In this document: positions 9,537 to 18,652 of the stretch, piece by piece | Numbering within the stretch: position 1 is the first letter of the stretch | Layout of the letters: each line of letters starts with the position of its first letter | Assembly (NCBI GenBank): GCA_013362805.1 | Contig: JABFVL010000049.1 | Span: 692-64,691, forward strand | Source: Mycobacteriales bacterium | GTDB taxonomy: Bacteria > Actinomycetota > Actinomycetes > Mycobacteriales > QHCE01 | Length of the DNA: 64,000 nt | Direction of reading: 5' to 3' | The notes under the pieces: model-generated | What the model was told of the DNA's origin: nothing | Database searches by the model: none | Seen by the model: only the letters and a program-made list of their open reading frames with translations | Position numbers and translations under genes: made by a program

Positions 9537-11288
9537 CTACCACGTGCGCAGTGTCGCGATTCGCTGCTCCAGTTCTTCCACACTGGCCTGCGCCGTGGCC
9601 GGGCCTCCACAAGCCCGTCTTAGCTCCGCGTGAATGTGTTTATGTGGTTTACCGGTCCGGTGACTATATGAGGCAACAAAGCCGTTCAGTTTCCGGCGCA
9701 GCTCGGTGCGGCGTTCAAACAAAGACACGGGTTCGGCGGGCTCTGCCGGGGCCGGCACTGGGTTCTTTGTACGCCTCGCGGCAAGCTGTTCAGCCTGGCG
9801 CTTGGACAGCAACATCGATACCTGTTCTGGGGACAACAATCCGGGCAAGCCCAAATACTCCTCCTCCTCAGCGGTGCCGGGGCTAGCCAGGGTGCCAAAA
9901 GAGGCGCCATCGTAAATGACTTGATCGAGTTCAGCCGACGCGTCAAGAGCCAAGAATTTCTGTTCCTCAGCCTCGTTTTCTTCGCGATTCGCCGCTGCCA
10001 AAAGAGCATCTTCAAGCAGCTCTTCTCGATGGGGGCGTTCGAGAACATGGTCACGTTCGCGTTCAAGCTCGTGCGCCAAATCGAGCAGCACGGGAACACT
10101 GGGCACGAAAATTGTGGCCGTCTCACCGGGTTGGCGTACTCGTACGAACCGACCCACCGCCTGGGCGAAGAACAACGGGGTTTGCACACTTGTCGCATAG
10201 ACGCCGACAGCGAGCCGCGGAATGTCCACTCCTTCGGACACCATGCGGACCGCGACCATCCAGCGGCTATCACCGGCCGCATAGCTTTGAATCTTCGCCG
10301 ATGCCCCAGCATCATCTGATAGCACCACCACGGGCGCCTCGCCGGTGATCTGATGCAATATTTGGGCGTAGGCCCGAGCACTGGCGTGATCGCTCGCGAT
10401 AACAAGCCCACCAGCATCGGCAACTCCCTGGCTGCGCTTTGTGCTTAGCCGAGCATTCGCGGCGCGCAATACCTGTGGAATCCAGTTGCCTTTGGGATCA
10501 AGAACAGTGCGCCACGCTTGTGCTGTCTGTTCGGCGGTAAGTGGTTCGCCGAGCCGCGCGGTCAGTTCATCACCGGCGCTAGTGCGCCAGCGAGCCTGAC
10601 CCGAATAAGCCATGAATAGCACCGGCCGCACCACACCATCACGCAATGCTTCGGAATATCCGTAGTTAGCGTCGGAAGCGGATCGGGTGAGCCCGTCAGC
10701 GCCACGCTCGTAGTTGACGAACGGGATGGGGTTTGCATCGCTCCGGAACGGGGTTCCCGTGAGCGCTAGTCGGCGCGTGGCGTCGTTAAAAGCGATGCGC
10801 ACGCCATCGCCCCAGGTGCGTGAGTCTCCAGCGTGGTGGATTTCATCGAGGATTACCAAAGTTGATGCGGTGCGGGTTCGGCGCAGATGCACGGTTGGGT
10901 CGAGCCCGACTTGGGCATAGGTGACAACAATGCCGTGGAAACCTTTGGCGACAACCTGATCACTGTTACGAAACGTGGGGTCTAGTTGAATGCCGATGCG
11001 CGCGGCCGCCTGCGCCCACTGGGTTTTTAGATGTTCGGTGGGCGCGACCACGGTGATGTTCTGAATGACACCGTCTGCCAAAAGTTCCAGCGCGATACGA
11101 AGAGCGAAGGCTGTTTTGCCCGCCCCAGGAGTCGCCACCGCCATGAAGTCTTGCGGACGATCGCGCAAATATTGCACGAGCGCGCGGCGCTGCCAGGCTC
11201 GAAGTGGTGGGGCTGAGGCCGCAGTCGGTGCGGGTGTCGATACCAGCGTCATCGTCGTGCACACACCATCCTTACCAGCGCTTCCCAC
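9537..11288 (-). CDS. superfamily 2 DEAD/DEAH-box helicase (XPB/ERCC3-like)
   Basis: 583 aa with Walker A (VATPGAGKTAFAL) and motif II (LDEIHHAG), plus a helicase C-terminal domain. The start could instead be the internal M at 11252. Confidence 0.85.
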   Translation of the reverse strand: MGSAGKDGVCTTMTLVSTPAPTAASAPPLRAWQRRALVQYLRDRPQDFMAVATPGAGKTAFALRIALELLADGVIQNITVVAPTEHLKTQWAQAAARIGIQLDPTFRNSDQVVAKGFHGIVVTYAQVGLDPTVHLRRTRTASTLVILDEIHHAGDSRTWGDGVRIAFNDATRRLALTGTPFRSDANPIPFVNYERGADGLTRSASDANYGYSEALRDGVVRPVLFMAYSGQARWRTSAGDELTARLGEPLTAEQTAQAWRTVLDPKGNWIPQVLRAANARLSTKRSQGVADAGGLVIASDHASARAYAQILHQITGEAPVVVLSDDAGASAKIQSYAAGDSRWMVAVRMVSEGVDIPRLAVGVYATSVQTPLFFAQAVGRFVRVRQPGETATIFVPSVPVLLDLAHELERERDHVLERPHREELLEDALLAAANREENEAEEQKFLALDASAELDQVIYDGASFGTLASPGTAEEEEYLGLPGLLSPEQVSMLLSKRQAEQLAARRTKNPVPAPAEPAEPVSLFERRTELRRKLNGFVASYSHRTGKPHKHIHAELRRACGGPATAQASVEELEQRIATLRTW

Positions 11289-11410
11289 GCAAAGACGCCC
11301 CCGCCAATGACACGAAGACGAGGGCGTCGCGTGGGTTCGGGTCGCTACCCGAAGGCTTCACGATAGCGCGCTGGCACCACCACTGGTGATGCGGACACTC
11401 ACTCGGTGAC

Positions 11411-11641
11411 CTATTCCCCGCTGGGAATTTGGTCGTAGATTTCTTTGCATGCGGGACACACCGGGGAACCGGGCTTCGGCGATTTGGTCACCGGGAAGAC
11501 TTCGCCACACAGCGCTTGCACCAAGCTGCCCATAACCGCACTTTCCGCGATTTTGTCCTTCTTGACGTAGTGGAACATGTCGGGCGATTGGTCGGTGGAC
11601 GCGTCCCGGGTTTCCGGGCGTTCCAAGAGTTCGGTAGACAC
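11411..11641 (-). CDS. DUF3039 domain protein
   Basis: 76 aa (MFHYVKKDKIAESAVMGSLVQALCGEVFPV...CPACKEIY). This small protein is conserved next to the helicase. Confidence 0.8.
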   Translation of the reverse strand: MSTELLERPETRDASTDQSPDMFHYVKKDKIAESAVMGSLVQALCGEVFPVTKSPKPGSPVCPACKEIYDQIPSGE

Positions 11642-11822
11642 CAGGGGTTCTCCTTGTTACATGTGCAGTGACGTCGCCGGGCAAGCCTCTAGTCTGCCAC
11701 CGGTCCGACGATTATCCACGCTTGCAGGTCGAATACCACACATTCCGCGACAATAATCAGACATTCGGTCGATTAATTACCGTGGCGAAAGAGCATGTGT
11801 GATACAGCACGACAGCAACGCG

Positions 11823-12131
11823 TTATTTGGGTTTGTTGTTAGTGAGGCTAAGCCGTTCTTGACGTCGCCACAACCTATGGCTCTCCGTCTTCTTGCGCGG
11901 CGGACGATCGTTGGCAACCAAAACCGCCATCCACGGGAACAAGACCATACCGGCAATACACACACCCACCCAGGCCAAGGCATAGGGGGCATCGACAATA
12001 ACTACAACCGCCGCCGCGATCAGGCATGCGATCCGCAAGCCCATCATGATCAGATAACGCATTTGCCTACCGCGCAATTGTTCCTGCGGGCTTGGGGGTG
12101 CGTCGGTGATGACGTGCTTTTCGACGGACAT
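11823..12131 (-). CDS. DUF3099 domain membrane protein
   Basis: Start is the ATG at 12131 (MSVEKHVITDAPPSPQEQLRGRQMRYLIMMGLRI...). The protein has two TM helices. Confidence 0.7.
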   Translation of the reverse strand: MSVEKHVITDAPPSPQEQLRGRQMRYLIMMGLRIACLIAAAVVVIVDAPYALAWVGVCIAGMVLFPWMAVLVANDRPPRKKTESHRLWRRQERLSLTNNKPK

Positions 12132-12200
12132 GGTGCGCCTTACGTGTCGGAGTAGTTCCAGCATAGAACTCAGGAATTCTGATGCGGGAAGGCCACAAAA

Positions 12201-12776
12201 CTAGCTCGCTTTGGCCGATGCTTTCATCGCCTTTTTGTGTTCGCGCACCTTGTTGAGGCTGTCCTCGTCGACGATGTCGGCCACCGAAAGGTAGCTGCCG
12301 GGGGCACCAAATTCGCCAGCCGCTTGCTCCCACCCTGGCGCGGTAACGCCGAATTGTTTACCTAGCAGGGCAAGGAAAATCTTGGCTTTTTGCTTACCGA
12401 AGCCTGGAAGCGCCTGAATCCGCTTCAGCAGTTCTGCGCCAGATTCGGCGCTCGTCCACACTTTGGCGGCGTCGTTGTCATACTGCTCAACAATGATGCG
12501 GCACATGGCTTGCGTACGACCAGCCATCGCCCCAGGAAAACGATGCAGAGCGGGGCGTTGCGAGAACACTGTGGCGAGTTTTTCTGGTTCCGTCTCCGCC
12601 AACTGCGCGGCGTCTAGCGCGGTGACACCCAGGCGATCAGCGAGCTGCGCGGGGGCACTAAAAGCACGTTCCAACGGGATTTGTTGGTCCAGCACCAGCG
12701 CAATTATCAAACCCAGTGGATCTCTGCGCAAAAACGCATCGGCGGCTTTGTCTTGTGCCAAATAAAGCGAGGTCAT
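12201..12776 (-). CDS. HhH-GPD-type base excision DNA repair protein
   Basis: Start is the ATG at 12776 (MTSLYLAQDKAADAFLRRDPLGLIIALVLDQQIPLERAF...). LPGFGKQKAKIFLALLGKQ is helix-hairpin-helix-like. Confidence 0.7.
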   Translation of the reverse strand: MTSLYLAQDKAADAFLRRDPLGLIIALVLDQQIPLERAFSAPAQLADRLGVTALDAAQLAETEPEKLATVFSQRPALHRFPGAMAGRTQAMCRIIVEQYDNDAAKVWTSAESGAELLKRIQALPGFGKQKAKIFLALLGKQFGVTAPGWEQAAGEFGAPGSYLSVADIVDEDSLNKVREHKKAMKASAKAS

Positions 12777-12816
12777 GCGCTCGAGCCTACTGGACACGGT
12801 TGAACATTCCGCCCTT

Positions 12817-13740
12817 CTACAGCACGGGAAAAAGCAGCGCGACTGTAGGAATGGCAAGCAGCGCGACCGCCGATATGTACGCCACGGCTCTGGCTTGTGG
12901 GGCTGGGGCTTGCTCGTTTAGTAGGCGCTGAACGCGAGAGAGCGCACCAGCATGCGCAGCGGCCATCGCACCTTCTGGCACTTCTTGCGCGCGGCTGAGC
13001 GCGAGTCGGGCCAAGGCAGCAGCCAAAGTGTGCCGGTCACGCCCTTGGCAGGCTCGATCGTCCGCGATCATCTCGATGAGTTCGGCCACAGCGACTTGAG
13101 CGGCGCGGGGGCCGCTGAGCATGGGAAACGCTGATGCCCAGGCGGTGAATGGCAACGTAACGAGGTCATGGCGCTCACCAAGGTGCGCTCGTTCGTGGGC
13201 GAGCACCGCATCAAGTTCGTCTTCGTCAAGGAGTTCCAAAGCGCCTGTGGTGATGACAATGCGTGAGGACGTTCCAGGCAGGCAGTAGGCCGCCGGGGTC
13301 GGATGGGTAAGGAGTCTGGGACCCTCCTCCGTGCTGTCCAGAGGGGTGGTGACCAGGTCGACGAGCGCGCGGTGATGCCAGCGGGCCCGGAGCATGTTCC
13401 AAGCACGGCGGGCGGTAACCCCACATAGCCACGCGAGTAGAGACAGCGCCAAGATCAGGAGCACACCGTGCACGGGACCGAGCTTGGCGACTACATCGCC
13501 GGCGCGCACGGCCTGAACATAATTGGTCAGCGCATGACTAAATGTGTCGCCCATGGGGGCGAGGGCGAGGGCGAGCGCCCCGCCGACCAAAGCGAGACCG
13601 GAAGCCAGACCGAGGGCTTGCCACAGCACAAGCGCGGCCCGGGGCTCTCGCTGCACCCAGGTGGCTGCGGCGAGAGCGTGCGCGGCTGGGGCGATCAGCA
13701 CGAAGGCAAGTGCCCACAAACCGATGACTGTGACGAGCAT
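12817..13740 (-). CDS. M56 family metallopeptidase (BlaR1-like, no C-terminal sensor domain)
   Basis: 307-aa polytopic membrane protein with the HEXXH motif HERAHLGERHD. It lies 4 nt downstream of a BlaI-family gene. Confidence 0.8.
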   Translation of the reverse strand: MLVTVIGLWALAFVLIAPAAHALAAATWVQREPRAALVLWQALGLASGLALVGGALALALAPMGDTFSHALTNYVQAVRAGDVVAKLGPVHGVLLILALSLLAWLCGVTARRAWNMLRARWHHRALVDLVTTPLDSTEEGPRLLTHPTPAAYCLPGTSSRIVITTGALELLDEDELDAVLAHERAHLGERHDLVTLPFTAWASAFPMLSGPRAAQVAVAELIEMIADDRACQGRDRHTLAAALARLALSRAQEVPEGAMAAAHAGALSRVQRLLNEQAPAPQARAVAYISAVALLAIPTVALLFPVL

Positions 13741-13744
13741 CTGC

Positions 13745-14140
13745 CTATTGTCCCGCTTGGGTCCTACTGCGTTTACTTCTGGTAGCCGCTACCAGCGCAC
13801 TTTGCAGTGCTTGGGCTTCGTCCGGGCTGACATTGCTGACGAATCGAACGAGGGCCGCACTGCGATCGGAGGCATCTTCGAGTGCGTCGTGCATCAGCTC
13901 GGCTACATAATCTTCACGGCTGGCGGTGGCAGCGTAGGTGTGCGCCCAGTCTTCTCGACTGCGCGTCACCCGGCCCTTCTTTTCAAGTCGCGATAGGACA
14001 GTGAGCACTGTGGTTTTGGCTAGTTCACGATCGCGCAGTTCATCGGAGATGACCCGGGCGGTCAGGGGTGTCGGGGCCGACCAGAGTACTTCCATGATGG
14101 CGCGTTCCAGTTCGCCTAGTTTGGCCGCGGCTCGACTCAC
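13745..14140 (-). CDS. BlaI/MecI/CopY family transcriptional repressor
   Basis: 131-aa winged-helix protein (LGELERAIMEVLW...KTTVLTVLSRLEKKGRVTR). The GTG start at 14140-14138 was verified in frame. Confidence 0.85.
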   Translation of the reverse strand: MSRAAAKLGELERAIMEVLWSAPTPLTARVISDELRDRELAKTTVLTVLSRLEKKGRVTRSREDWAHTYAATASREDYVAELMHDALEDASDRSAALVRFVSNVSPDEAQALQSALVAATRSKRSRTQAGQ

Positions 14141-14161
14141 TCTTGCTCCTTTATCGGTGTG

Positions 14162-14206
14162 GTAGACGTCATTCTACACAGCGTAGAAATGTCTACGACG
14201 CGTAGA
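14162..14206. promoter_or_regulatory. candidate BlaI-family operator: phased TCTAC/GTAGA inverted repeats
   Basis: The pentamers alternate: GTAGA 14162-14166, TCTAC 14173-14177, GTAGA 14183-14187, TCTAC 14192-14196, GTAGA 14202-14206. They form two TCTAC-N5-GTAGA palindromes 19 bp apart inside the 79-bp blaI-cydA divergent region. Confidence 0.6.
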
Positions 14207-14219
14207 AGATAATGAGGGC

Positions 14220-15611
14220 GTGTTGGATAACCTCACCGCCGCCCGAGAACAAATGGCGCTCTCGCTCACCTTCCACATCATTTTCGCCGTGCTCGGCGTA
14301 GGCCTACCCTGGCTGCTGCTTTTCGTTGAGCATCGAGCCATCGTGACCGGCGATCCGGTCTGGAAGGCCCTCGCCCGTCGCTGGTCTAAAGCACTGGCGA
14401 TTTTGTTCGGCATCGGCGCCGTCTCAGGCACCGTGCTGTCAGTGGAATTCGGCTTATTGTGGCCGGCATTCATGGAACGATTCGGCGCCGCGTTCGGCGT
14501 CTCCTTCTCACTGGAGGCATTCGCATTCTTCGCCGAGGCCATATTCCTAGGCCTATATCTATACGGATGGGATCGCCTGAGCCCGCGCGCCCACTGGTGG
14601 TGCGGTGTACCCATCGCTATCGGCGGCACTTTGTCAGCGCTATTCGTTACCACCGCGAACGCTTGGATGAACACCCCGGTTGGCATCGTTACCGCCGACG
14701 GCAAAGTGGTTGAATCCGAGCCCTTCGCGCCATTCCAAGCGCCTACCGCGTGGCCACAAATCACACACCTACTTATCGCCGCGGCGATGTGCACCGGCTT
14801 TACCGTCGCCGCTGTCTACGCGGTCGGCATGCTCCGCGGCAAACGTGGCAAGTACTACCAGCGCGGGCTCACCGTCGGCCTCGCCGTGGGATTGATCTTT
14901 ACTCCTATCCAACTGTTGGTCGGCGACTGGGCGATTCGCGCGGTCGAAAAGAATCAGCCGACCAAGATGGCAGCGATAGAAGCGCTCCCCCACTCCGGCG
15001 ACAACGCACCCCTGTCACTAGGCGGGGTATACGACGAAGAAACCGGCGAGCTGAAAGGAGGGATCGAAATCCCGTCCGGGCTTTCCCTGCTGCTCGGCGG
15101 ATCACCAAACACCCATGTCACCGGACTAGATAAAACTCCCAAAGAGGACCAGCCCCCAGTCACCACCACCCATCTGGCCTTTGACCTTATGGTGGGCATC
15201 GGATTGGGACTGTTCGCCCTCACGGGCTGGGCACTGTGGCGACATCGGCGTGCGGCCGGCACCTGGCGTATGCGAGCCGATAACGACGAATCTTGGACAA
15301 AAGTATTTACTTCGCGCTGGTTCTTGCGCGCGCTGGCGATCAGCGGACCGGCGGCAATGACCGCCCTTATCGCCGGCTGGATAGTCACAGAAGTTGGCAG
15401 ACAACCGTGGATCGTCTATCAGCTGATGCGCACGGAAGATGCCGTGTCCACGGCACCTGGGCTTGAAGTGTGGCTCTACGTGACCATCGTTATCTACACG
15501 GCGTTGAGCATCACGCTGATCTCGGTATTGCGTCGACTCGCCCGCAGCCCCATTGCTGGACTGGATGCCCAAGGCAACCCACTCGAGGAGAAAGCCGAGG
15601 TAGCGGCATGA
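14220..15611 (+). CDS. cydA: cytochrome bd ubiquinol oxidase subunit I
   Basis: 463-aa polytopic protein. The CydA-like N-terminus is LTAAREQMALSLTFHIIFAVLGVG, with WMNTPVG and a short Q-loop. Start is GTG 14220 or TTG 14223. Confidence 0.9.
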   Translation: MLDNLTAAREQMALSLTFHIIFAVLGVGLPWLLLFVEHRAIVTGDPVWKALARRWSKALAILFGIGAVSGTVLSVEFGLLWPAFMERFGAAFGVSFSLEAFAFFAEAIFLGLYLYGWDRLSPRAHWWCGVPIAIGGTLSALFVTTANAWMNTPVGIVTADGKVVESEPFAPFQAPTAWPQITHLLIAAAMCTGFTVAAVYAVGMLRGKRGKYYQRGLTVGLAVGLIFTPIQLLVGDWAIRAVEKNQPTKMAAIEALPHSGDNAPLSLGGVYDEETGELKGGIEIPSGLSLLLGGSPNTHVTGLDKTPKEDQPPVTTTHLAFDLMVGIGLGLFALTGWALWRHRRAAGTWRMRADNDESWTKVFTSRWFLRALAISGPAAMTALIAGWIVTEVGRQPWIVYQLMRTEDAVSTAPGLEVWLYVTIVIYTALSITLISVLRRLARSPIAGLDAQGNPLEEKAEVAA

Positions 15612-16627
15612 CAACGGCAGAACTCGTTTTGGTGATAATTGGTGCGGGCGCGACCGCATACGCACTGTTCGGCGGGGCCGACTTCGGTGGCGGCACATGG
15701 CATCTGCTGATTCGTGGCCCACGCAAACATCGGGCGCGGGCAACTATTGAACACGCGATGGGCCCGGTCTGGGAAGCCAACCATGTGTGGCTCATTTTTG
15801 TCCTTATTGGACTTTTCAGTGCCTTCCCTACCGCATATGGCGCCCTCTCACGTGCCCTAACCGTTCCAATCGGTCTCGCGCTCATCGGCATCGTTCTTCG
15901 CGGCGCCGCATTTGTTTTCGCCCACAACGCCTACCCAGTCAAAGACGGAGTGCATCACAGCCCCACCGGCGCCCTCTGGCATCGCGCGTTCGCGATTTCC
16001 TCAGCCCTGACACCCGCGATGCTTGGATTGTCACTCGGGGCACTGGCGACCGGCAAACTATCTAGCTCATCTGACATCTGGGCGCCCTTCACGTTTCCGT
16101 TGGCGTGGTGGGGCGCGGCCCTCACCACCGCAGTGGCGATCATGCTCGCCGCCGTTTTCGTCTGCGCCGATGCCAAGCGGCAATACGGCTCAGATGATCC
16201 ACTCGTGGAAGACTGTCGGCGCCGTGCCTTGATAAGCGCGATCGCCACTGGCGCGCTGGCGCTCACTGGTGTGCCGGTGCTCCGCGATCAAGCGCCTAAT
16301 TTGGCTGATGCGCTCTTTGACCGCTCGCCCCTGCTGATCGGGCTTTCAGTGGCCGCGGGTCTGGCTACCATCGCTCTGCTCTGGGCGCGGCAATACACCT
16401 GGGCACGATTGAGCGCCGGGCTAGCCAGCGCGGCCGTGTTGTGGGGTTGGGGCTGGGCTCAATTGCCACACTTTGGCATTGACGGACTTACTGTTGAATC
16501 CGCCGCGGCACCTAGTGCGACTTTGACCGTTATTGCCCTGATACTCATTGCCGGCTTTGCGGTAATTATCCCGGCTTTGGTGGTGATGTTTCGCGTTTTT
16601 CAACGAGAACCCGACCGAAGTTTATAG
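15608..16627 (+). CDS. cydB: cytochrome bd ubiquinol oxidase subunit II
   Basis: ATG at 15608 overlaps the cydA stop (ATGA). The N-terminus is [29 protein letters not shown], and the protein has 339 aa. Confidence 0.9.
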   Translation: MTTAELVLVIIGAGATAYALFGGADFGGGTWHLLIRGPRKHRARATIEHAMGPVWEANHVWLIFVLIGLFSAFPTAYGALSRALTVPIGLALIGIVLRGAAFVFAHNAYPVKDGVHHSPTGALWHRAFAISSALTPAMLGLSLGALATGKLSSSSDIWAPFTFPLAWWGAALTTAVAIMLAAVFVCADAKRQYGSDDPLVEDCRRRALISAIATGALALTGVPVLRDQAPNLADALFDRSPLLIGLSVAAGLATIALLWARQYTWARLSAGLASAAVLWGWGWAQLPHFGIDGLTVESAAAPSATLTVIALILIAGFAVIIPALVVMFRVFQREPDRSL

Positions 16628-16734
16628 AGACCTCACATCTGTCTCACAGTGGTTTCACGGGCCAACGGGCAGTCTATGAGACACGATCAACCCCAGCTGG
16701 CTTTACGGCCAGCTCAACACCGGAGGCGACCGCA

Positions 16735-17772
16735 ATGCCCGCAACCCTGCTTAGCCGCCCCCCACGGCAGCGCGCCCCGCAGGCGCGCCCTCGCAGCAAC
16801 GCCAAACATGGCGAAGAGCGATACAGCGCTGACTCAGTGCGCACATACCTCAACGCTATCGGGCGCACGCAACTACTCACCGCTGCGCAAGAAGTCGACC
16901 TCGCCAAGCGCATCGAGGCGGGCGTCTTCGCCCAACACACCCTTGACCAAGGCAGCTGGCGCGAGCGACCCATCGATGCGGCACTGGCCGCCGATCTTCG
17001 CTGGGTCATCGCCGACGGTTCTCGCGCCAAAGACCACCTACTCGAAGCGAACCTTCGACTGGTCGTCTCACTCGCAAAGCGATACACCGGCCGCGGCGGC
17101 AGCTCAGTCGGCTTCCTTGACTTGATTCAAGAAGGCAACCTCGGCCTCATCCGCGCAGTCGAAAAATTCGACTACACCAAAGGCTACAAATTCTCCACCT
17201 ACGCAACCTGGTGGATCAGACAAGCCATCACCCGCGCCATGGCAGACCAAGCCCGCACCATCCGCATCCCCGTACACCTCGTCGAACAGATCAACCGAAT
17301 CAGTCGACTGCGTCGAGATCTCACGCTGACCTTAGGTCGGGAACCGAGCATGGAAGAGCTGGCCGAAGCGGCCGATCTACCGCTGGGAAAGGTCATCGAA
17401 ATCACTGGCTACGACCGTGAGCCAATCAGTTTGGATAAAGCCATCGGTGACGATGAGCAAAGCCAGCTCTCAGATTTCATCGCCGATGCCCGGCAGGATC
17501 AAGATCTCGAAGCCCTGTTCAACACCGGCGAAGATCCTTACCGTCATCTGCGAGCCGAAGTCAGCGGCGTCCTCAACACGCTCACCGAACGCGAGCGGGA
17601 GGTGATTCGGCTGCGCTTCGGGCTAGACGACGGCCGGACACGCACGCTGGAAGAGATAGGTCACGAATTTGGGCTATCCCGTGAGCGGATTCGCCAGATC
17701 GAGAAATCCTCGATGCGAAAACTGCGGGAACCGGACAGGGCAGATGGGCTGCGGGTTTACGCCTGCGCATAA
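16735..17772 (+). CDS. sigB: group 2 (SigB-like) RNA polymerase sigma factor
   Basis: 345 aa with sigma70 regions 1.2-4.2. Its position next to ideR matches mycobacterial sigB. It carries a GGSSVG segment where sigA has MA. Confidence 0.9.
   Translation: MPATLLSRPPRQRAPQARPRSNAKHGEERYSADSVRTYLNAIGRTQLLTAAQEVDLAKRIEAGVFAQHTLDQGSWRERPIDAALAADLRWVIADGSRAKDHLLEANLRLVVSLAKRYTGRGGSSVGFLDLIQEGNLGLIRAVEKFDYTKGYKFSTYATWWIRQAITRAMADQARTIRIPVHLVEQINRISRLRRDLTLTLGREPSMEELAEAADLPLGKVIEITGYDREPISLDKAIGDDEQSQLSDFIADARQDQDLEALFNTGEDPYRHLRAEVSGVLNTLTEREREVIRLRFGLDDGRTRTLEEIGHEFGLSRERIRQIEKSSMRKLREPDRADGLRVYACA
17033..17277 (+). repeat. sigB copy of nucleotide tracts identical to sigA
   Basis: 17033-17090 and 17113-17277 are identical to sigA 8047-8104 and 8118-8282. 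A divergent 22-nt segment (17091-17112) separates the two tracts. Confidence 0.9.
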
Positions 17773-17787
17773 ACCCACTGGAATTGG

Positions 17788-17834
17788 CTCCATCCGCTAA
17801 GCTGTCGGCGAACAGCTTAGCGGATGGAGTTTTG
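17788..17834 (+). terminator. intrinsic terminator of sigB
   Basis: CTCCATCCGCTAAGCTGT (17788-17805) pairs with ACAGCTTAGCGGATGGAG (17812-17829). This is a perfect 18-bp stem with a 6-nt loop, followed by TTTTGG. Confidence 0.85.
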
Positions 17835-18533
17835 GTGAAAGCAGTTTTACGTCGAGCCGCACGCATAGGGTTTCTCACCGGAAGTGCCATCGGCAGCGTG
17901 GTCACCGGAGTCCAATTCGGGCTTCAGGCACCCGCCATCACTCACGAATACAACAAAGCTGGAGCCGTGTACACCACAGCGACCGAAGCTGCCGGCCCGC
18001 TGGCTCACCTCAAATCGGTGCCAGCGCAGCAAGACTTCGCATACGCCTGGGCGTTCAAAGATCCCAACATCGACGCCACCCGAGACCAGCTGACTCACCC
18101 ACATGAACTCGAACCGGCGGACTTCCACGCGCCCAGGTCGTTAGCAGAGAGCATCGCGCTCAACGAGCTCTTATCCGATAAAGCCCTGCTCTCAACCCGG
18201 GCAAAAAAATACGTAGAAAACCTTCAACAAGCCGCCCGAGCCACCGACAAGGCAGACCATGCGCGAAATGATGCCGCAATCAACGCATTGGGCCTGGGCG
18301 GCGCGTTCGGACCCACCACGGGTGTAGCAATAGCCGGCCTGTTCTGGATAGCGGGCTCCGTGAGCTCCAAACAACGCGGCAATGCGGCGCGAAACCCAGT
18401 CGAAAACCCCATTGCTGGGGCAAGCGGCCCATGGCCAGGGCCTATTCCCGGCTCCTTCCCAGGGCAAGATGGCGTTGTCGAGCTGCCTGTACACCCCACA
18501 GACCAGCGCAAGCCACCCAAGCCTGGTATGTGA
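17835..18533 (+). CDS. hypothetical membrane protein (two hydrophobic segments flanking a soluble domain)
   Basis: I chose the in-frame GTG at 17835 because the listed start at 17784 lies inside the sigB terminator stem. No family is recognised. The C-terminus is Pro/Gly-rich. Confidence 0.45.
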   Translation: MKAVLRRAARIGFLTGSAIGSVVTGVQFGLQAPAITHEYNKAGAVYTTATEAAGPLAHLKSVPAQQDFAYAWAFKDPNIDATRDQLTHPHELEPADFHAPRSLAESIALNELLSDKALLSTRAKKYVENLQQAARATDKADHARNDAAINALGLGGAFGPTTGVAIAGLFWIAGSVSSKQRGNAARNPVENPIAGASGPWPGPIPGSFPGQDGVVELPVHPTDQRKPPKPGM

Positions 18534-18652
18534 AGCACGCCCGCGTTGACGGCCATCTCCGTTTGACACACCCACCGGGTAGCATCGCAGGTAGTCGGCC
18601 CACCATGCGCATTCGCCGGGCCGCAGCCTCGAACATGCCGCCTGGAGCGCCC

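Noticed and set aside
14174-15743. - strand ORFs of 206 and 205 aa overlapping cydA/cydB
   Set aside because: They are antisense to clearly recognisable cytochrome bd subunits and are Arg/Ser/Pro/His-rich.
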